Origin: Carpediemonas membranifera BICM
Lineage: Eukaryota > Protista > Fornicata
NCBI GenBank assembly: GCA_019828565.1
Contig: JAHDYR010000005.1
Span: forward strand, 271,100-335,099
Length of the DNA stretch: 64,000 nucleotides
Direction of reading: 5' to 3'
Every line of letters begins with the position of its first letter. Positions within the stretch are counted from its first letter, which is position 1. This document shows, one piece after another, positions 22,063 to 34,900 of the stretch. The notes under the pieces are model-generated. The model saw nothing but the letters and a program-made list of their open reading frames with translations. It did no database searches and had not been told where the DNA came from. The position numbers and the translations under genes were made by a program.

Positions 22063-25000
22063 TGTCGTAGACTCCTTATCATTTAATCAGTTGATGATTA
22101 CGACACCATTGTGTCGAGATTAAAATGTTTCCCACCGACAACGTCATAGTGATCACTCGTAATGGTTCAGTTGGAAATCGATTATAATTTCCCGCGTATG
22201 TCGGCCAAGGAGCTCGATCCTCGCGGTGTTAAGAAATTCAAAGCCGAGGTTCGCGTGTTTCGCGCTCGGATCCCCGACTATGCTACCGGGCTCCTGCTTA
22301 GCGAGGAGTTACAGGAAGAATTAGAAGCAACCCTCGGTGTGAGCGCTGAGAGCGCCACCTCCAACCAAGTATATGAGTTCCTCGAATCCGAGGCCACACC
22401 CCGTTCCCTGCTCGAACTTAAACGCCAGCTGCGTGCTGTGCTGTGCCCGAAGCTGGGTACCGAGGGTTACCCCTCGAATCTCTCTGTCGTCCGCCAGCTG
22501 GGCGCCGATTTCGTGGAACTCGCAGATTACGCCCTTCGTTCCGCCGCGAAGGAGGGCAGCGAGAGCCTAGCAGCGCTCTTTGGCAAGGAGAAGCGAAAGA
22601 TGGCCCGCCTGCTTGAAGACGGCACTGCCGAGGTGGTGGAGGAGGAGGCACTCCTCACTGCCGCCGACGTCGCAGCGAAGCGAGCAGCCGCCTTCGACAA
22701 GACGGCAAGGAAGATCTTTCTGGAGAAGATCAAGCCGAAGTCGCTCTACGAAAGGATCGAGCTCGAGAGCCAGTTCGTCAAGCCGTCCTCCCTCAAGGAC
22801 CTCATCAACATCGCACGCACCGTCGCCAAGCTCGAGGATGCGTCTAACTCCACGACCACGACCGCCTCCAGCACCTCTGCAGGCGCCTCGCAGGCCAACG
22901 ACCACCGGGAGCACCGTCAGGCGCCTCCCCAGGCTGCTAAGACCACCACTGCCGCCCAGTCCTCGCGTAAGCAGCGTACAAGACCGTGCCGCCTTTGCGG
23001 AGGCGAGCACTGGGACTCAGATTGCCCTAAGCTCGGGGGCCGGACCCGCGAGAGCGGCCAGCTCCGCCCTAACCCCCCGAAGAAGACGCCCTTCGAGGCG
23101 CACGCGGCAGAGGAGGGTGATGCTGAAGCTCTCCACACGGAGGCTGTCATAAATCACTCCTCCTATTCTGCTACGGTTGACACGGGAGCCGGGGTCTCAT
23201 TCATTAGCAGCCGACTGCTTCACACTCTGAGAGAGCGTGACAACTCCATCAAGCCGAAGAAGTGCCAACCGTTTATCGTCTCGCTGGCGGGAGGTAGCAC
23301 CGTCAAGGGTAATGAGATGGTTGAGCTCCGCGTCGAGCTCCCACACCTGACCACGAGACCCATAGTCAAGAACATCAGCTTCAGAGTACTCCCAGGTCCT
23401 GTGGAGAAGCTCCTATTGGGCGTAGATCAGCTGAGAGCCCTCGGGTTCATCAGCGACAGAGGAATCTTCCTCCCTTTCCCGTCGCCAGAAGGCCCGGAGA
23501 AGGAAGATGACATCCTCCCTTACAACCACAGCTACTTATCGGCGGAACACGCTGATAATAGGAGCATCAAGACCGAAATCGATAAGATCGAGTTCGGCGA
23601 GAACGAAACCGGCGCAGCAGCACGAGAGATCTGCGCTGCATACGAAGAAGTGTTCGAGGAAGAGCTCCCTACAGAAGGCAGCAAGCTTGAACCGATGTCT
23701 ATTGATTTCATTTCCGACGACTGGGTGAATGAGTTCAACCAAAAACCGAGACACCTCTCGGAGGAAAAGCGAGAGAAGGTGCGCCAGGAGGTCACGCAGA
23801 TGCACCTCCAGCACATTATCCGCCACAGTCACGGGCCATATGCCTCGCCCGTAGTGGTGGTTTCGAACGGGCACAAGGGGTCGACCAAGATTCGCCTATG
23901 TGTAGACTACACCGTCATCAACCGTCACACGAAGCGGGATAGGTACCCGCTACCTGACATCAGGGCGTACCTGCGGGAAAGCCGCAGGCGCAGAGTACTA
24001 CGCCAGTCTCGACCTGAGACAAGGTTACTATCAAGTCAAGGTTAAGGAGGAGGACATTCCCAAGACCGCCTTTATCACCCCGGATGCGTACGAGGAGTTC
24101 GAGAGACTCCCGTTTGGCCTCTGCAACGCCCCATCACACTTTCAGAGATGTATGGAGAAGGCCTTCGCGAAGGAGCTACACCACGGCGTGGCTATCTACA
24201 TCGACGATGTCATGATATATGGCCGCACGAAGGAGGAGTTCCTAGAACGGCTGCACAACGTCCTTGATATCTGCAAGGAACAACGCCTCCGGCTCAAAGC
24301 GCCGAAATGCAAGATTGGCGTGGAGGAGGTGGAGATGCTAGGCTTCATCTGTAATACAGAGGGCCTAAAGCTAAGCAAGGAACGCGTGGAGGGAATCCAT
24401 GCCCTGAAAACGCCAACGACGAAGAAAGGACTTCTTTCAATGTGTGGTTCGCTGAACTACGTAGCGAAATTTGTTCCTGACGCTAGTAGAGTACTATCTC
24501 CCATCAATGACTTGCGGTCGGCCACCGATGGCGCCGATTTCATTTGGTCATCGATTCATGATGAGGCACTTGACGAGTTCAAGAGACGCCTCGAGAAGTA
24601 CCTAGTACTGGTCCATCCGGACCTCAACAAGAAGTGGGTGCTCCAGACGGACGCCTCAGATATAGGATTCGGTGGCATCCTCACTCAGGAGGGGGACGAC
24701 GGACGCCAAGAGATAGTCTCGTTCTTCTCGGGATCCTTCAACAAGACTCAGACAAGGTGGAGTACCTACGAACAGGAGCTGTTCGCAATCATACACTGCC
24801 TGACCAGACCAGATCTTGGCCAGCTCTTCAGGATTCACCCAAATCTGACAATTCAGACTGATCACAAGAACCTTGTGTATCTTGATCAGAAGAAGCTTAA
24901 GAACGATAAGATCCTCCGTTGGTCGCTGTTACTATCGGATTATCAGTATACAATCGAACATATCGCCGGTCTTGATAACGAGACCGCGGACTTGATGTCC

Positions 25001-26494
25001 CGCATCGACGCACTAGCCGTGGAGCTTACAGATTGGAACGATGAGATTAGTTCTGCTCAAAAGAACACCTCCCAAGAGGAGAAGGATTCTTGGCGACGCG
25101 CTGGTGCCACCATCAACAACAACACCTGGGTGAAGGATGCCGTCCCCGTCCTCCCCAAAGACGCCAGAGCGCTACGACACAAGCTGATCAAAGCCGCCCA
25201 CAGCAGACATGGCGGCAGAGCTGATACGCTTCAACGGGTAGCCGAGGTCGCCTGGTGGCCCGGCCGCGCTAGAGACGTGAGCAACTTCGTCCAGCAGTGC
25301 CCCACCTGTGCCAAGACAAGGCTCAAGCAGTTCTTGTCAGCCCCAGAGGGGCGCACCATTCAAGACTCGTTCTGGAACACCATAGCCATCGACACGGTGG
25401 GACCGCTGTCGGAGGACGCGTATGGGGCCAAGTACATCTACGTCATCACGGACCTCTACACACGCTACACAGAGCTGCATGCGGCAACCGCAAACAATGC
25501 CCAGAGCGCGGTCGACGCCCTATGGCTGGCCGTCACCCGCCACGGCATCCCAAGCTACATCAAGAGTGACAACGGAACAGAGTATGTTAATCAGGTCGTG
25601 AGCCTCCTGATTGAACAGCTCGGAGCGCACCACCAGCGGACGTTGCCATACCATCCTCAAAGTAACGGGGTGGTCGAGCGCCGGAACGCGGAAGTCGGAC
25701 GTCACCTCAGATGGCTGGCGCTGGCTATGGACGGCTATGGAGAGTGGAGCCAACTCCTCCCCTTCGTCCAGCACATCTTGAACACATCAACACACACGAA
25801 GCTCGGCGTATCGCCGCACGAGGTCGTCTACGGCCGCCGAGCAGAGATCGGTCTGGTCAGAAATCAACAAGCGGCGCTAGAGAGACCCGATATCGCGCAA
25901 TATCTCGATCGACTAGCTCACGTCCAGGACAATCTGGACAAGGTTATAACTCAGTGCAACAAGAGGGAGGAGAGGCTGGGCCCTGCCCCAACACGCCCAG
26001 CTATTAGGTCAGGTGACCTAGTGTTCATCAAACCAGCTGTCAAGCACAAGCTGCACGGCCTACTCGGCCCATTCAAGGTTCACGCAATCCACAGCAACAA
26101 CGCTGTTGAAGTAGCGTCCCTACTCAATGACGAGAGGCAATTCACGCATCTGGACAAGATTGCCCTCTGCCCTGACATCTCCCTGGAGTTGGCGAGACAG
26201 TATGCCGCCTCCGACGACGAGAGATACATTGTAGAACAAGTACTTGAGCACAACACTCGAGACCACACCCTACTCATTAAGTGGGAGGGCTACACCCAGA
26301 CGACATGGGAACCACTGACACGCGACAATGCCAAGGTCGGCCCAATTTCCGACTACCTCCGGCAACATAGGATTCGATGGAAGCCGTTGAACACCTCGGA
26401 GCGGGGGAGGAGCAGGATGTCGTAGACTCCTTATCATTTAATCAGTTGATGATTACGACACCATTGTTTAAAATGTTTCCCACCGACAACGTCA
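22063..26494 (+). mobile_element. gypsy chromodomain element C inside repeat A2
   Basis: LTRs 22063-22146 and 26418-26494, GATC TSD, PPT. Confidence 0.95.
22162..26425 (+). CDS. gypsy C gag-pol (frameshift near 23980)
   Basis: CRLCGGEHWDSDC, VDTGA, YIDD, TDAS, integrase and chromodomain across ORFs 22162-24045 and 24152-26425. Confidence 0.92.
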
Positions 26495-26814
26495 GATCCC
26501 GCCCCCCGGTTGTGCGGGTCCTACGACCCCACCGGGGCGCCCCGGCGGTCGGACGACGCCCGGCCAGGTGGACCAATTCGGAGGGGGAAATTTGAGCGGA
26601 TCAATTTCCCCGCCCAATCCCCAGGTTTGGCCGATGTCTGACCCTCTTTAAACATCCTTTCGCTTTGTAATCTGATCGTGGTAATCGTGCCTAGCACGTT
26701 GACAAGGAGAGCGAAGCGTCAGTAGTTCGGCGCAGGTGGCCGAGGGAATTTAGATTCGGTCCTGATTTGATCTGGCTCTGTGGAGTCGATCGAGATCGAA
26801 TCGAAGTGGTTTAG

Positions 26815-27309
26815 ATGGAACGGGAACAAGAAGATCAAGCCCAGCAAGGGCAACATGAGCAGGAGGTGCTCAACGCCCCAATTGAAGAGGGAAAACCAGT
26901 AGCTGAAGAACTACAGGCCCTACGGGCGGAGCTCGCTGATCTTAGAGCCGAGCGAGCACGCAACCATTGGATCAAGCCTTCAGCGGGCGCCATGCGTGAG
27001 GAAGCCGACTTCCTTGAACGCCTGTACCGTGACCTGCGCTTCAACCGCGCGACCTCAGGCGATGTCGTCCTCAACCGCCTCTACGCCCGGCACCGCCTCC
27101 TCTGGGCCAAGGACCGTTATGGTTATGAGGTCTCCCTCTCTATCAACGCCGTGATCGAGGCTGAGCTGGCCAGAGAGCCCGAAATCGATGAGGATCAACT
27201 CGAGTCTAAGATCCTGACGGCCCTCTCAAAAATTCCCCGCCTCGGTGAGAAGGAGCGCACACGCTCTTCTTTTCAGAAGAGGAAGCGCGCCGGCCCTCGG
27301 CAGCATTAA
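26815..27309 (+). CDS. X4 gag-like ORF1
   Basis: Homologous to the X1 and X6 ORF1. Confidence 0.82.
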   Translation: MEREQEDQAQQGQHEQEVLNAPIEEGKPVAEELQALRAELADLRAERARNHWIKPSAGAMREEADFLERLYRDLRFNRATSGDVVLNRLYARHRLLWAKDRYGYEVSLSINAVIEAELAREPEIDEDQLESKILTALSKIPRLGEKERTRSSFQKRKRAGPRQH

Positions 27310-27500
27310 CGAGCAAACCCGATCAAGATGCATTTTACCCAACAACACCTCCTTCAGATCCTCCTCCTTCCCCACCTCCTCTTCCCCCTTCCTCACCAAC
27401 GCCTCCACAACCGAGCTACGACATACCGTCTCACCCCGCACGCCCTGTAGACGAAGAGCCTCTATCCTATCCCTCCAACGCGGACAAGACCTTTCCCTCC

Positions 27501-29392
27501 ATGAATCCGCGGTGGAAAACATGGCAGCGCTTTGGAACGCCCTCCGAAGTGGTACAGTGGCTCAGAGAAGGCGTCCCGATCACAACAACAGCGACACCGA
27601 AGCGCCCCAGCCTCCAATGCGCCAGAAAGGACCAGCTAAGACACTTCCGCGCTCATCTTCGAGAACTTCTAAGGGTGGGCGCGGCATCCCCAGTCCGCCG
27701 GCCGCGCCTAATAAGCCCGATCTTTACCGTCCTCAAAGGAGAGGGCCCAAGCACCCGCTTGATCCACGATCTTCGAAATCTGAACGCAGTCACGGCAAAC
27801 CGGCGGGTATTCCGCCTTCACGGTCTCAAGAGAGCCATATCTATGCTCAACGAGGGCGACTCGATGATCCGACTGGACCTCAAGTCGGGGTACTATCAGC
27901 TTGGAGTGAAACCCAAAGACAAGGACCTATTATCGTTCGTTGTCGACGGAAGGCCGTACTGCTTCAATGTACTGCCCTTCGGCTGGTCCGCGGCGCCTTG
28001 GTACTTCCAAGCGACGATGCTAGCGGCTGCTTCCATCATAACCAAGCGATTCCCGGTCAAAGCAGTCATTTACCTCGACGACTGGTTGATAAGTGCACCA
28101 AAAGAGACACTCATGCAATACAAGAGCGACATTCTCCAAACTCTAGACGCACTCGGCCTTATCATCAACTTCGAGAAGAGCAATCCAGTCTCCATTACAA
28201 CCTTCCTCGGCTTCAGCATCGACAACAAGCGCCCAGGATCTCTCTAGCCAGCGAGAAGCGCCTCCGCTACCTTCACCGCGTCGAAGAGGCCATGCTATCA
28301 AGGCGATGGACGGGCCCAGCGTGGGAAAAGCTTCTAGGATGCCTCAGCTTCGCTTCAATCGCATGGCCGGACGGCCGTGCATGGCTACGCTCTCTCCAGA
28401 CACACAAGCAAGGCCTAGAAGCCCAGACCCTCGCGGCCCTGGGCGAGTGGGCCCACCGTCTCTCCCGCGAGTCGCCTACCAGATCATTCGACGACCTAGC
28501 ATCTCTTTGGGGTCTGAGAGAAGCCATGGACATCACAGTAGCTTCCGACGCCGCCCAGAGCTCCATAGGAGCCGTGATCAGGAGGCCCGGACAGCCAGAC
28601 AAAGCCTTCGCCAGACAAATCCACGCGTCCTCCTCCAAGCACATCACAGAGGAGTTTCTAGCAGCATGCGAGGCCCTAGAGATGCTAACTCAGGACGAGG
28701 CGGCATCCGGGCGCGAGGTCACGATCTTCTCGGACTCGTCGGCCGCTGTCAGCTGGATCAACAGGCAGGGGTCCACGAGAGCACCTCAGTCCGTCATAGC
28801 CCGAGTGCAGCAGCTGTGGCCAGTCCTAGCAAGCAAGTCTATCTCCGTCAGGGCGGTCCACACACAAGGGCACCTCAATGTCACAGCAGATGCCCTGTCT
28901 CGCTTCGAGCGCCTGCACTGGAGGACCCCAAGGGGCATACTGTCCTGGATCATGGACGCCTGGGGCCCCGTACAGGTCGATGTCACGGGTCATCCGACCA
29001 AAGACCTCCTTCTCCCAGGCTTCACGGAGAAGTCCAGCTCGTTCTCAGACCAAGGCCTCGAGTCAAACTGGTCGGGCCTCAGGGTCTTCATGGCGCCTCC
29101 CTGGGCCATGCTCCCGCGAGTGCTAGCAAAGCTCGCCCGTATATCAGAGCCTCTCGACGGTCGAGACCCACGGTCACTCCGCTCAGCCGCAATACTCGTC
29201 ACACCGGACCTCCAATCCGCTACCGTCCTGGCTCTCAAGCGAATGACCTGCTTAAAGAGGAGATGGAGCTTCCCAGCCAACCAGCTAGTCGGCTCAGAGT
29301 TGGAAAAGCTTTCCAACGACGGCAACATCAGGATGCTAGCTCTGATGTTCGCGACGACGTCTTCACCCGCACGGCCCAACACCCTCTACTAG
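27501..29392 (+). CDS. X4 pol RT-RH-MT-like (frameshift near 28240)
   Basis: LPFGW, YLDD, SDAA, ADALSR, WGPVQVDV..FMAPPW. Confidence 0.88.
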
Positions 29393-30267
29393 CAGGGTAC
29401 TGTCAGAGCTATCGTAGTCACATCGCCGGCGTCTTGGCACAGTTCGCTGCGTTCAACCCGAGCATCCCCCTCATCAGTGACGAGAGGGTCACCACATGGG
29501 CCGCAGAACAGTGTTCCCACGTCGGTCAGGTCACCCTAATGCGCAAGGCCGAGGTTGTGAAGCGCTTTGCTCCGCAGTTCATTGGCAAGGTCTCCCCCTA
29601 CATTATGCAGCTGTCCAAGGGCGCATCAAAAGAGGCTCGCAGCCGCCCCCGGGGCCCAGCAGTTCCCATCAGGGTCCACATGATCATGCGGCGCTGGAAG
29701 GAGGCCAGCCCACTGCGCCACGCTGACCCCTCCTGGAGACAGGCCTTCCTATTCGGTCTCCTGGCCTATACCACCACATCTAGGCCAGGCGAGATCTTTG
29801 CGCTCCGCAGCGAGGACATCAAGGGCAGACCAGGCAGAGGTCTCCGCATCCGTATTGTCCGCACCAAGACAGGCCGTACTGACGTCTGGAAGGTGGTTCC
29901 ACGCATTGAGGGCCTGCCATTCTCCCCGGCAGACCTTCTCTTCGCACACCTGGAGGGTATGCGCCACCACAAAGGGCAGTCCGTCTGGCGTTCACCCGCT
30001 AGCATCGACGGCCGCCTCTCCCCAGACCATGCGATCGAGTACACCGTCTTAGAGGACCAGGTCAAGGGTGTCTTTGGCAGGATCATCACCCTTCACGGCT
30101 TCCGCCGTGGCTCGGCCGCCGACCTAATCCTGGCTGGTGTGCCAGTTCCAGTGGTCGCGGCAAAAGGCACATGGGCATCAGAGGATAGTCTGATCAGATA
30201 TATTGAGGACACGCTCCGCCTCGACGGGGTGTCGTCGACGATTCCTTTCATCAAGCTTCTTGGGTAA
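29340..30267 (+). CDS. X4 tyrosine recombinase
   Basis: SRPGEI, RTKTG, HGFRRG, GTW...Y. Confidence 0.9.
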
Positions 30268-30499
30268 GGTTGAGGAGCCTACCCGGAGGTTACCGTTGTG
30301 CGTCAAAGTGAGACGAACGGTAAATGCATCAGGAGAGTTATGGATAGTGTCTTGAGGGCCAAGAGAGGCCATGACCACAGCAATTGGGGCGACCGGGATA
30401 ACCCCACGGATATGATTGCGTAGGCTTCCTTATCGTCTGCCTGACAGACGCAGGTACGGCGCGAAGCCAACCCTCTCGGACAAGCGTGGTCCGGGGCCA

Positions 30500-31490
30500 G
30501 TGACGGCAACCCCCTTGCTCTGGGCTGGGATTCCTGGGGTAAGCCGGCAGCGCTCAGGTGGGGTCCTGGAGCCTCACCCTGATCGTTTGGGTTTGGTCTC
30601 GAAATGTCCCGATTGGATCATTTCCAGAACCTCGAGAACGAGCCCGATGCCCACCGAAGAAGAGTTCAAGGAACTGAAGGACCTTCTGGAAGCTACAGTG
30701 GAAGAGAACAAGATCATTCGCGCTAGAATGGAAGGCATCGAAGAAGACGAGCATATGGAAGAGCGCGCGCCCAAGAATCTCGAGAGTGTGAAGAAGGAAT
30801 TCACCGCCTGGATCAACTTCTTTGCTGAATACCGCAAGAAGATCACCGATCTCCCGGATGAAGCCTCGTTTGAAGAGATTGTCGCCATCGTTCGCAGCCT
30901 CGTGGAGAAGCGCTTGGAATACCTCCGCGTAGTGGACGCTTATGATGAAAGAACCGCCCGCAACTTCCTGGTGGAAGCAGAGGACTCAACGACCCGAAGA
31001 GACCTCATGCGCGCCGCAATGAAAGCAGCCAGGGACTCCCTTGGTGCACGCATCAGGGGCCACGGACCAAAGCGAGTTGGCCAGCCGAGACACAAGTGCG
31101 GTTTCTGTGGTAAGACGGGTCATCCAGAGGAGCGCTGCTGGAGAAAGCACCCAGAGATAAAGCGCTAACTCGTACTTCTTTGATTACACTAGCCCGCAGG
31201 TTTAGGAGAGATGCTATCGTCGTTAAACTGGGGGCCCCAGTTGGCAAAAGCAATCGAACTTAACAACCAAGCGGTTGTTGGGTCAATCTCACGACAGGCA
31301 GATGTTTGGATGCGGACGAATCCCCTCCTTGGGCCCACGGCGGCGCACTACGGCTGCCATACCCGGCGGGGCATTCGGCGGAGGTTTGAGTAATTCAAGC
31401 CTCCGCATTGCTCAGGGGAATGGCGCCCATTAAACATCCTTTCGCTCTGTAGGTCCCGTGGGGGTCGACCAAGGGTCGTGCCGAGACCAA
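30500..31490 (+). mobile_element. internally deleted YR element Y5 (gag, pol stub, B-like terminus)
   Basis: CCHC gag; pol N-terminus 31211-~31325 like Y3; AAACATCCTTTCGCT B-type repeat at ~31432. Confidence 0.75.
30647..31168 (+). CDS. Y5 gag with CCHC knuckle
   Basis: KRLEYLR motif; CGFCGKTGHPEERC. Confidence 0.85.
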   Translation: MPTEEEFKELKDLLEATVEENKIIRARMEGIEEDEHMEERAPKNLESVKKEFTAWINFFAEYRKKITDLPDEASFEEIVAIVRSLVEKRLEYLRVVDAYDERTARNFLVEAEDSTTRRDLMRAAMKAARDSLGARIRGHGPKRVGQPRHKCGFCGKTGHPEERCWRKHPEIKR

Positions 31491-31926
31491 CGGCGACGTG
31501 ACAATTCCGCGACGGGGCGGAGACACGCCAAGTGCGGCGTCCTGGGCAAGCCTCCGAGATCCGGGAGATCCGAGGTGAATCTTTATGAGATTTGATAGGC
31601 GATTTGATTGATGATTCGTTTGGCGGGAGGAGATCGAATCAGGCAGAAGGAGAGATGGAAGGAGAAGCAGAAGAAGTCAGAGCCCCTGACGAGCAGGGGA
31701 ACGTCCAACCAGTCGAAGAAGATGAGCTTAAGGTCCTACGCAAGGAACTACTCCTCATGAACGCTCGTGTGCAGGAGCTGCAGAGGAACGCCCGCAACGA
31801 GGGCTGGTCCAAGCCTCAGTCCTCCTCAATGCGCGAGGAAGCTGATTGGATCGAGCGCATATACCGTATGATGCGCTACGAGGAGCCGATCGACATCGAC
31901 GTCATCTTGCTCGAGCTCTACGCACG

Positions 31927-34900
31927 TGTCGTGGATCTTTAGATCCATGCATATATTTATTCCTGATCTGATTACGATCTGGTCTTGATTTGTCTTTTAT
32001 TTTTAAACACTTCGCATTGTTCGTTGTTGTTCTACCCCCGCGCGCCTACAACAGTAATATTACTGATGAACATTGAGCAACTAACGAATTATTTCGCCCC
32101 ATACCTGTCGTCCACTAAGGCAAAGGGCTGGTACTCCTTCAGAGAAAGCTACTACCTTTACGCCGTTCGAGCACGCGATCCTGCGCCGATATACGAGTGC
32201 GTTGCACGCACTGTGCTTGAGACTTTCGCCCTTGAAAGTGAAGACGTTCGACGCTTGATGCGTTACGTAGCCCTCCGACGCCAACGCCCTCAGGCCCAGC
32301 CTCGAGATCCACTTCTCTTTCTTCCGCCTCCGGCAGAAGAACAAGCTCTCGACGACGACAGCTCCAGTGATTCTTCATCCTCCGCCTCTTCCTCTTCCTC
32401 CTCCGAAGCTCCTGACCACGTCTCCATCGACTCTATCTTCTCCCACGAGTCCGACATGAACGATCCGACGATGCTTTACGCTTCAGCCCAGCATCTCAAC
32501 AAGTTCTTTATTGACGCCGTCAACCGTATCTTCAAGCCCCGTGACAAGCAGAGTGCCCTCGATCGCTTCAACGATATAAGCTTTTCGAAGGGCCGCGAGC
32601 TATACGAGAACATGATGCACTACTGTCTGCTGTACCGCCGTACCCTGCAAAACTGCTGTGACGTTCGCCCCAAGGAGTCTCATCTGGTAACCAAATTCCT
32701 ATCGAACATCAGCGACGCCCGTCTGCGCCAAAGGTGCAAGACCGAGGCCGACAAGCGCAGTCTGCGCAAGACGATGCAGCTCTCCCTCAGACAGGCCAAG
32801 GAGCAGGAACGCGTTCGGTACGAGACCAAGGCAGAAGCTGAATTAAAAGATCAGCCCTGCCTTGAGTTGACTGAAGATTACCTGGACGCTATTGATGAAG
32901 CCCATTCGTGCACCGATGTGCGTGATCGACCAATCTACCCAATTCACCTTGGGGACCACAAGGTCATGGCACTATACGACACTGGAGCCACCGCGAATTT
33001 CCTCAGCCTAGCCCTCGCGAAGTCAATCGGTGTCACGCTCAATCCAGAGCGCCATCGTATCAGGCTAGCCACCGGACAGATTGTTGTGTGCACCCATATC
33101 GCGCAACTCTCAGTCCACTTTCCCTCCGTGACAGGCCACGACCTGACAGCCGATATCAAGTTTATCATCCTCCCAAACCTTGATTTCGACGCCGTCATTG
33201 GCTTCCCCACGTTACGGAACACAGGCCTTTTCGAGATCCCAGAGGTCTCCGACATCTCCATCCTGGATGACGAGGAGGACATGGAACTGGACGCCATGGC
33301 GGAAGAACCCGATGAGCCGCGGATCGAACTATTTAGAGAAGAGATCCAAAGGCTACTGAAGAAGTACGACGTCACCGGCGACATTTCGTCCCCATCTCTC
33401 CTAGATCCCTTCACCATACGCACCAAGGATGCCCAAGTCATCAACCGTTATCCATACAGATACTCCGACTCCGTGATGAAAGAGATTCATCGTCAAACAG
33501 ACACCCTAGAGTCTCTACGAGTCCTGGAGCCGTCTGACTCCCCATACAACAACCCTATTGTCATGGCTGGCAAACGCAACGGTGAAGCCAGGATGTGTCT
33601 GGACTTTCGGGAGCTCAACAAGGTCACCCTGGACCTTATACATCCCCTACCATTGATCGATGACCTCGTGTCTCATCTCGAGGGCATGCAGTTTTTCGCT
33701 GCCTTGGACCTCACAAAAGCATTTCACCAGGTTGAGATTGACCCCCATTCTAGGCCTCTCACAGCTTTTACAGCTGGAAAGAAAAAGCTGCAATACTGCC
33801 GTATGCCCTTTGGGCTGAAAAACGCGCCTATTCACATGCAGCGGGCTCTTGAGAAGGCTATGGGCGGTGCACTCTACACTAAGTGCTTGGTCTACATCGA
33901 TGATATAGTAGTTTTGAGGAATACCTCGCAAACCTTCAAGATGTGCTGTCTCGCCTTTCCAGGCATGGCCTGAAGCTCAATCTAGCGAAGTCTGTGTTCT
34001 CCGCCACGGAGATAGACTATCTGGGCTGGCACATTGACGCACACGGTAAGCGGGTCTCCTCTGATCGCCTCGACGCCATTAAGGCCCTACGCCCCGCGAC
34101 ATCTCTCACTGGTCTCCGCGCCCTCATTGGTCTAGCTAACTACTTCCGCGCTCTCCTACCCGACTACGCAACGAGGATGGAACCCCTTATCTCACTCACG
34201 AGGGCATCCAAGTTTGACTGGGGACAGGAGCAGGACGCTGCCTTAACCTGGATCAAGGACCGCCTCTTGAACGAGGAAGTCCTAGTCCACCCACGTCCCG
34301 GAGAGGCACTGCATTTATTTACAGACGCTTCTGACGTCGGGATAGGCGGTGTGCTGACCAACTCCGAGGGAAAACCCGTCGCATATTTTGCCAAGACTCT
34401 CTCGTCGACACAAAGACGATGGAGCACTATCGAGAAAGAGTGCTTCGCAATATTCCACGGCATTACGAAGCTTAGGCGCTACCTAGCCGGCAGAGTGTTT
34501 GAAATCCACACGGACCACCGCAATTTGACTTACATGCACCACAGTATCAACGCGAAGGTCATGCGCTGGGCCATGGCACTCTCCGAGTACGACTACAGCA
34601 TCAGCCACGTCGCTGGGGTCGATAACGGCGCTGCCGACGCTCTCTCTCGACTATTCACTTTGGACGACGTCCCTGACGAACGTTTCACCACCTTCCAAGC
34701 TCACCACAATGGCTCAGTAGGCCATCTTGGCCGTGACGCCACCTGCCGGAAAATCGCTCAAGCCGGTCTCTCATGGCCCGGCATGAAGTCCGACGTCCGT
34801 CGGTTCATTGGCGAATGCCCGGTTTGCCAGCTGGTGCGCTCTAAGCGATCCACTATCCCGTCGGAACGCCACTCTCTCATGGGGAGCTATCCCTTTGAAG

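Larger units (their letters stand above)
18088..26698 (+). mobile_element. YR retrotransposon Y3 with split direct repeats A1-ORFs-B1-A2-B2
   Basis: A1 18088-18362 matches A2 22009-26638 (containing gypsy C); B1 21959-22006 matches B2 26651-26698. This is the PAT/Ngaro-type architecture. Confidence 0.92.
26699..30500 (+). mobile_element. YR retrotransposon X4 (3' end approximate)
   Basis: gag, pol and YR homologous to X1. Confidence 0.85.

Noticed and set aside
2620-30267. Tyrosine recombinases as prophage or bacterial integron integrases; RTs as retron or DGR
   Set aside because: The gag-RT/RNaseH-YR layout, split direct repeats and CCA-less tRNA indicate eukaryotic YR retrotransposons.
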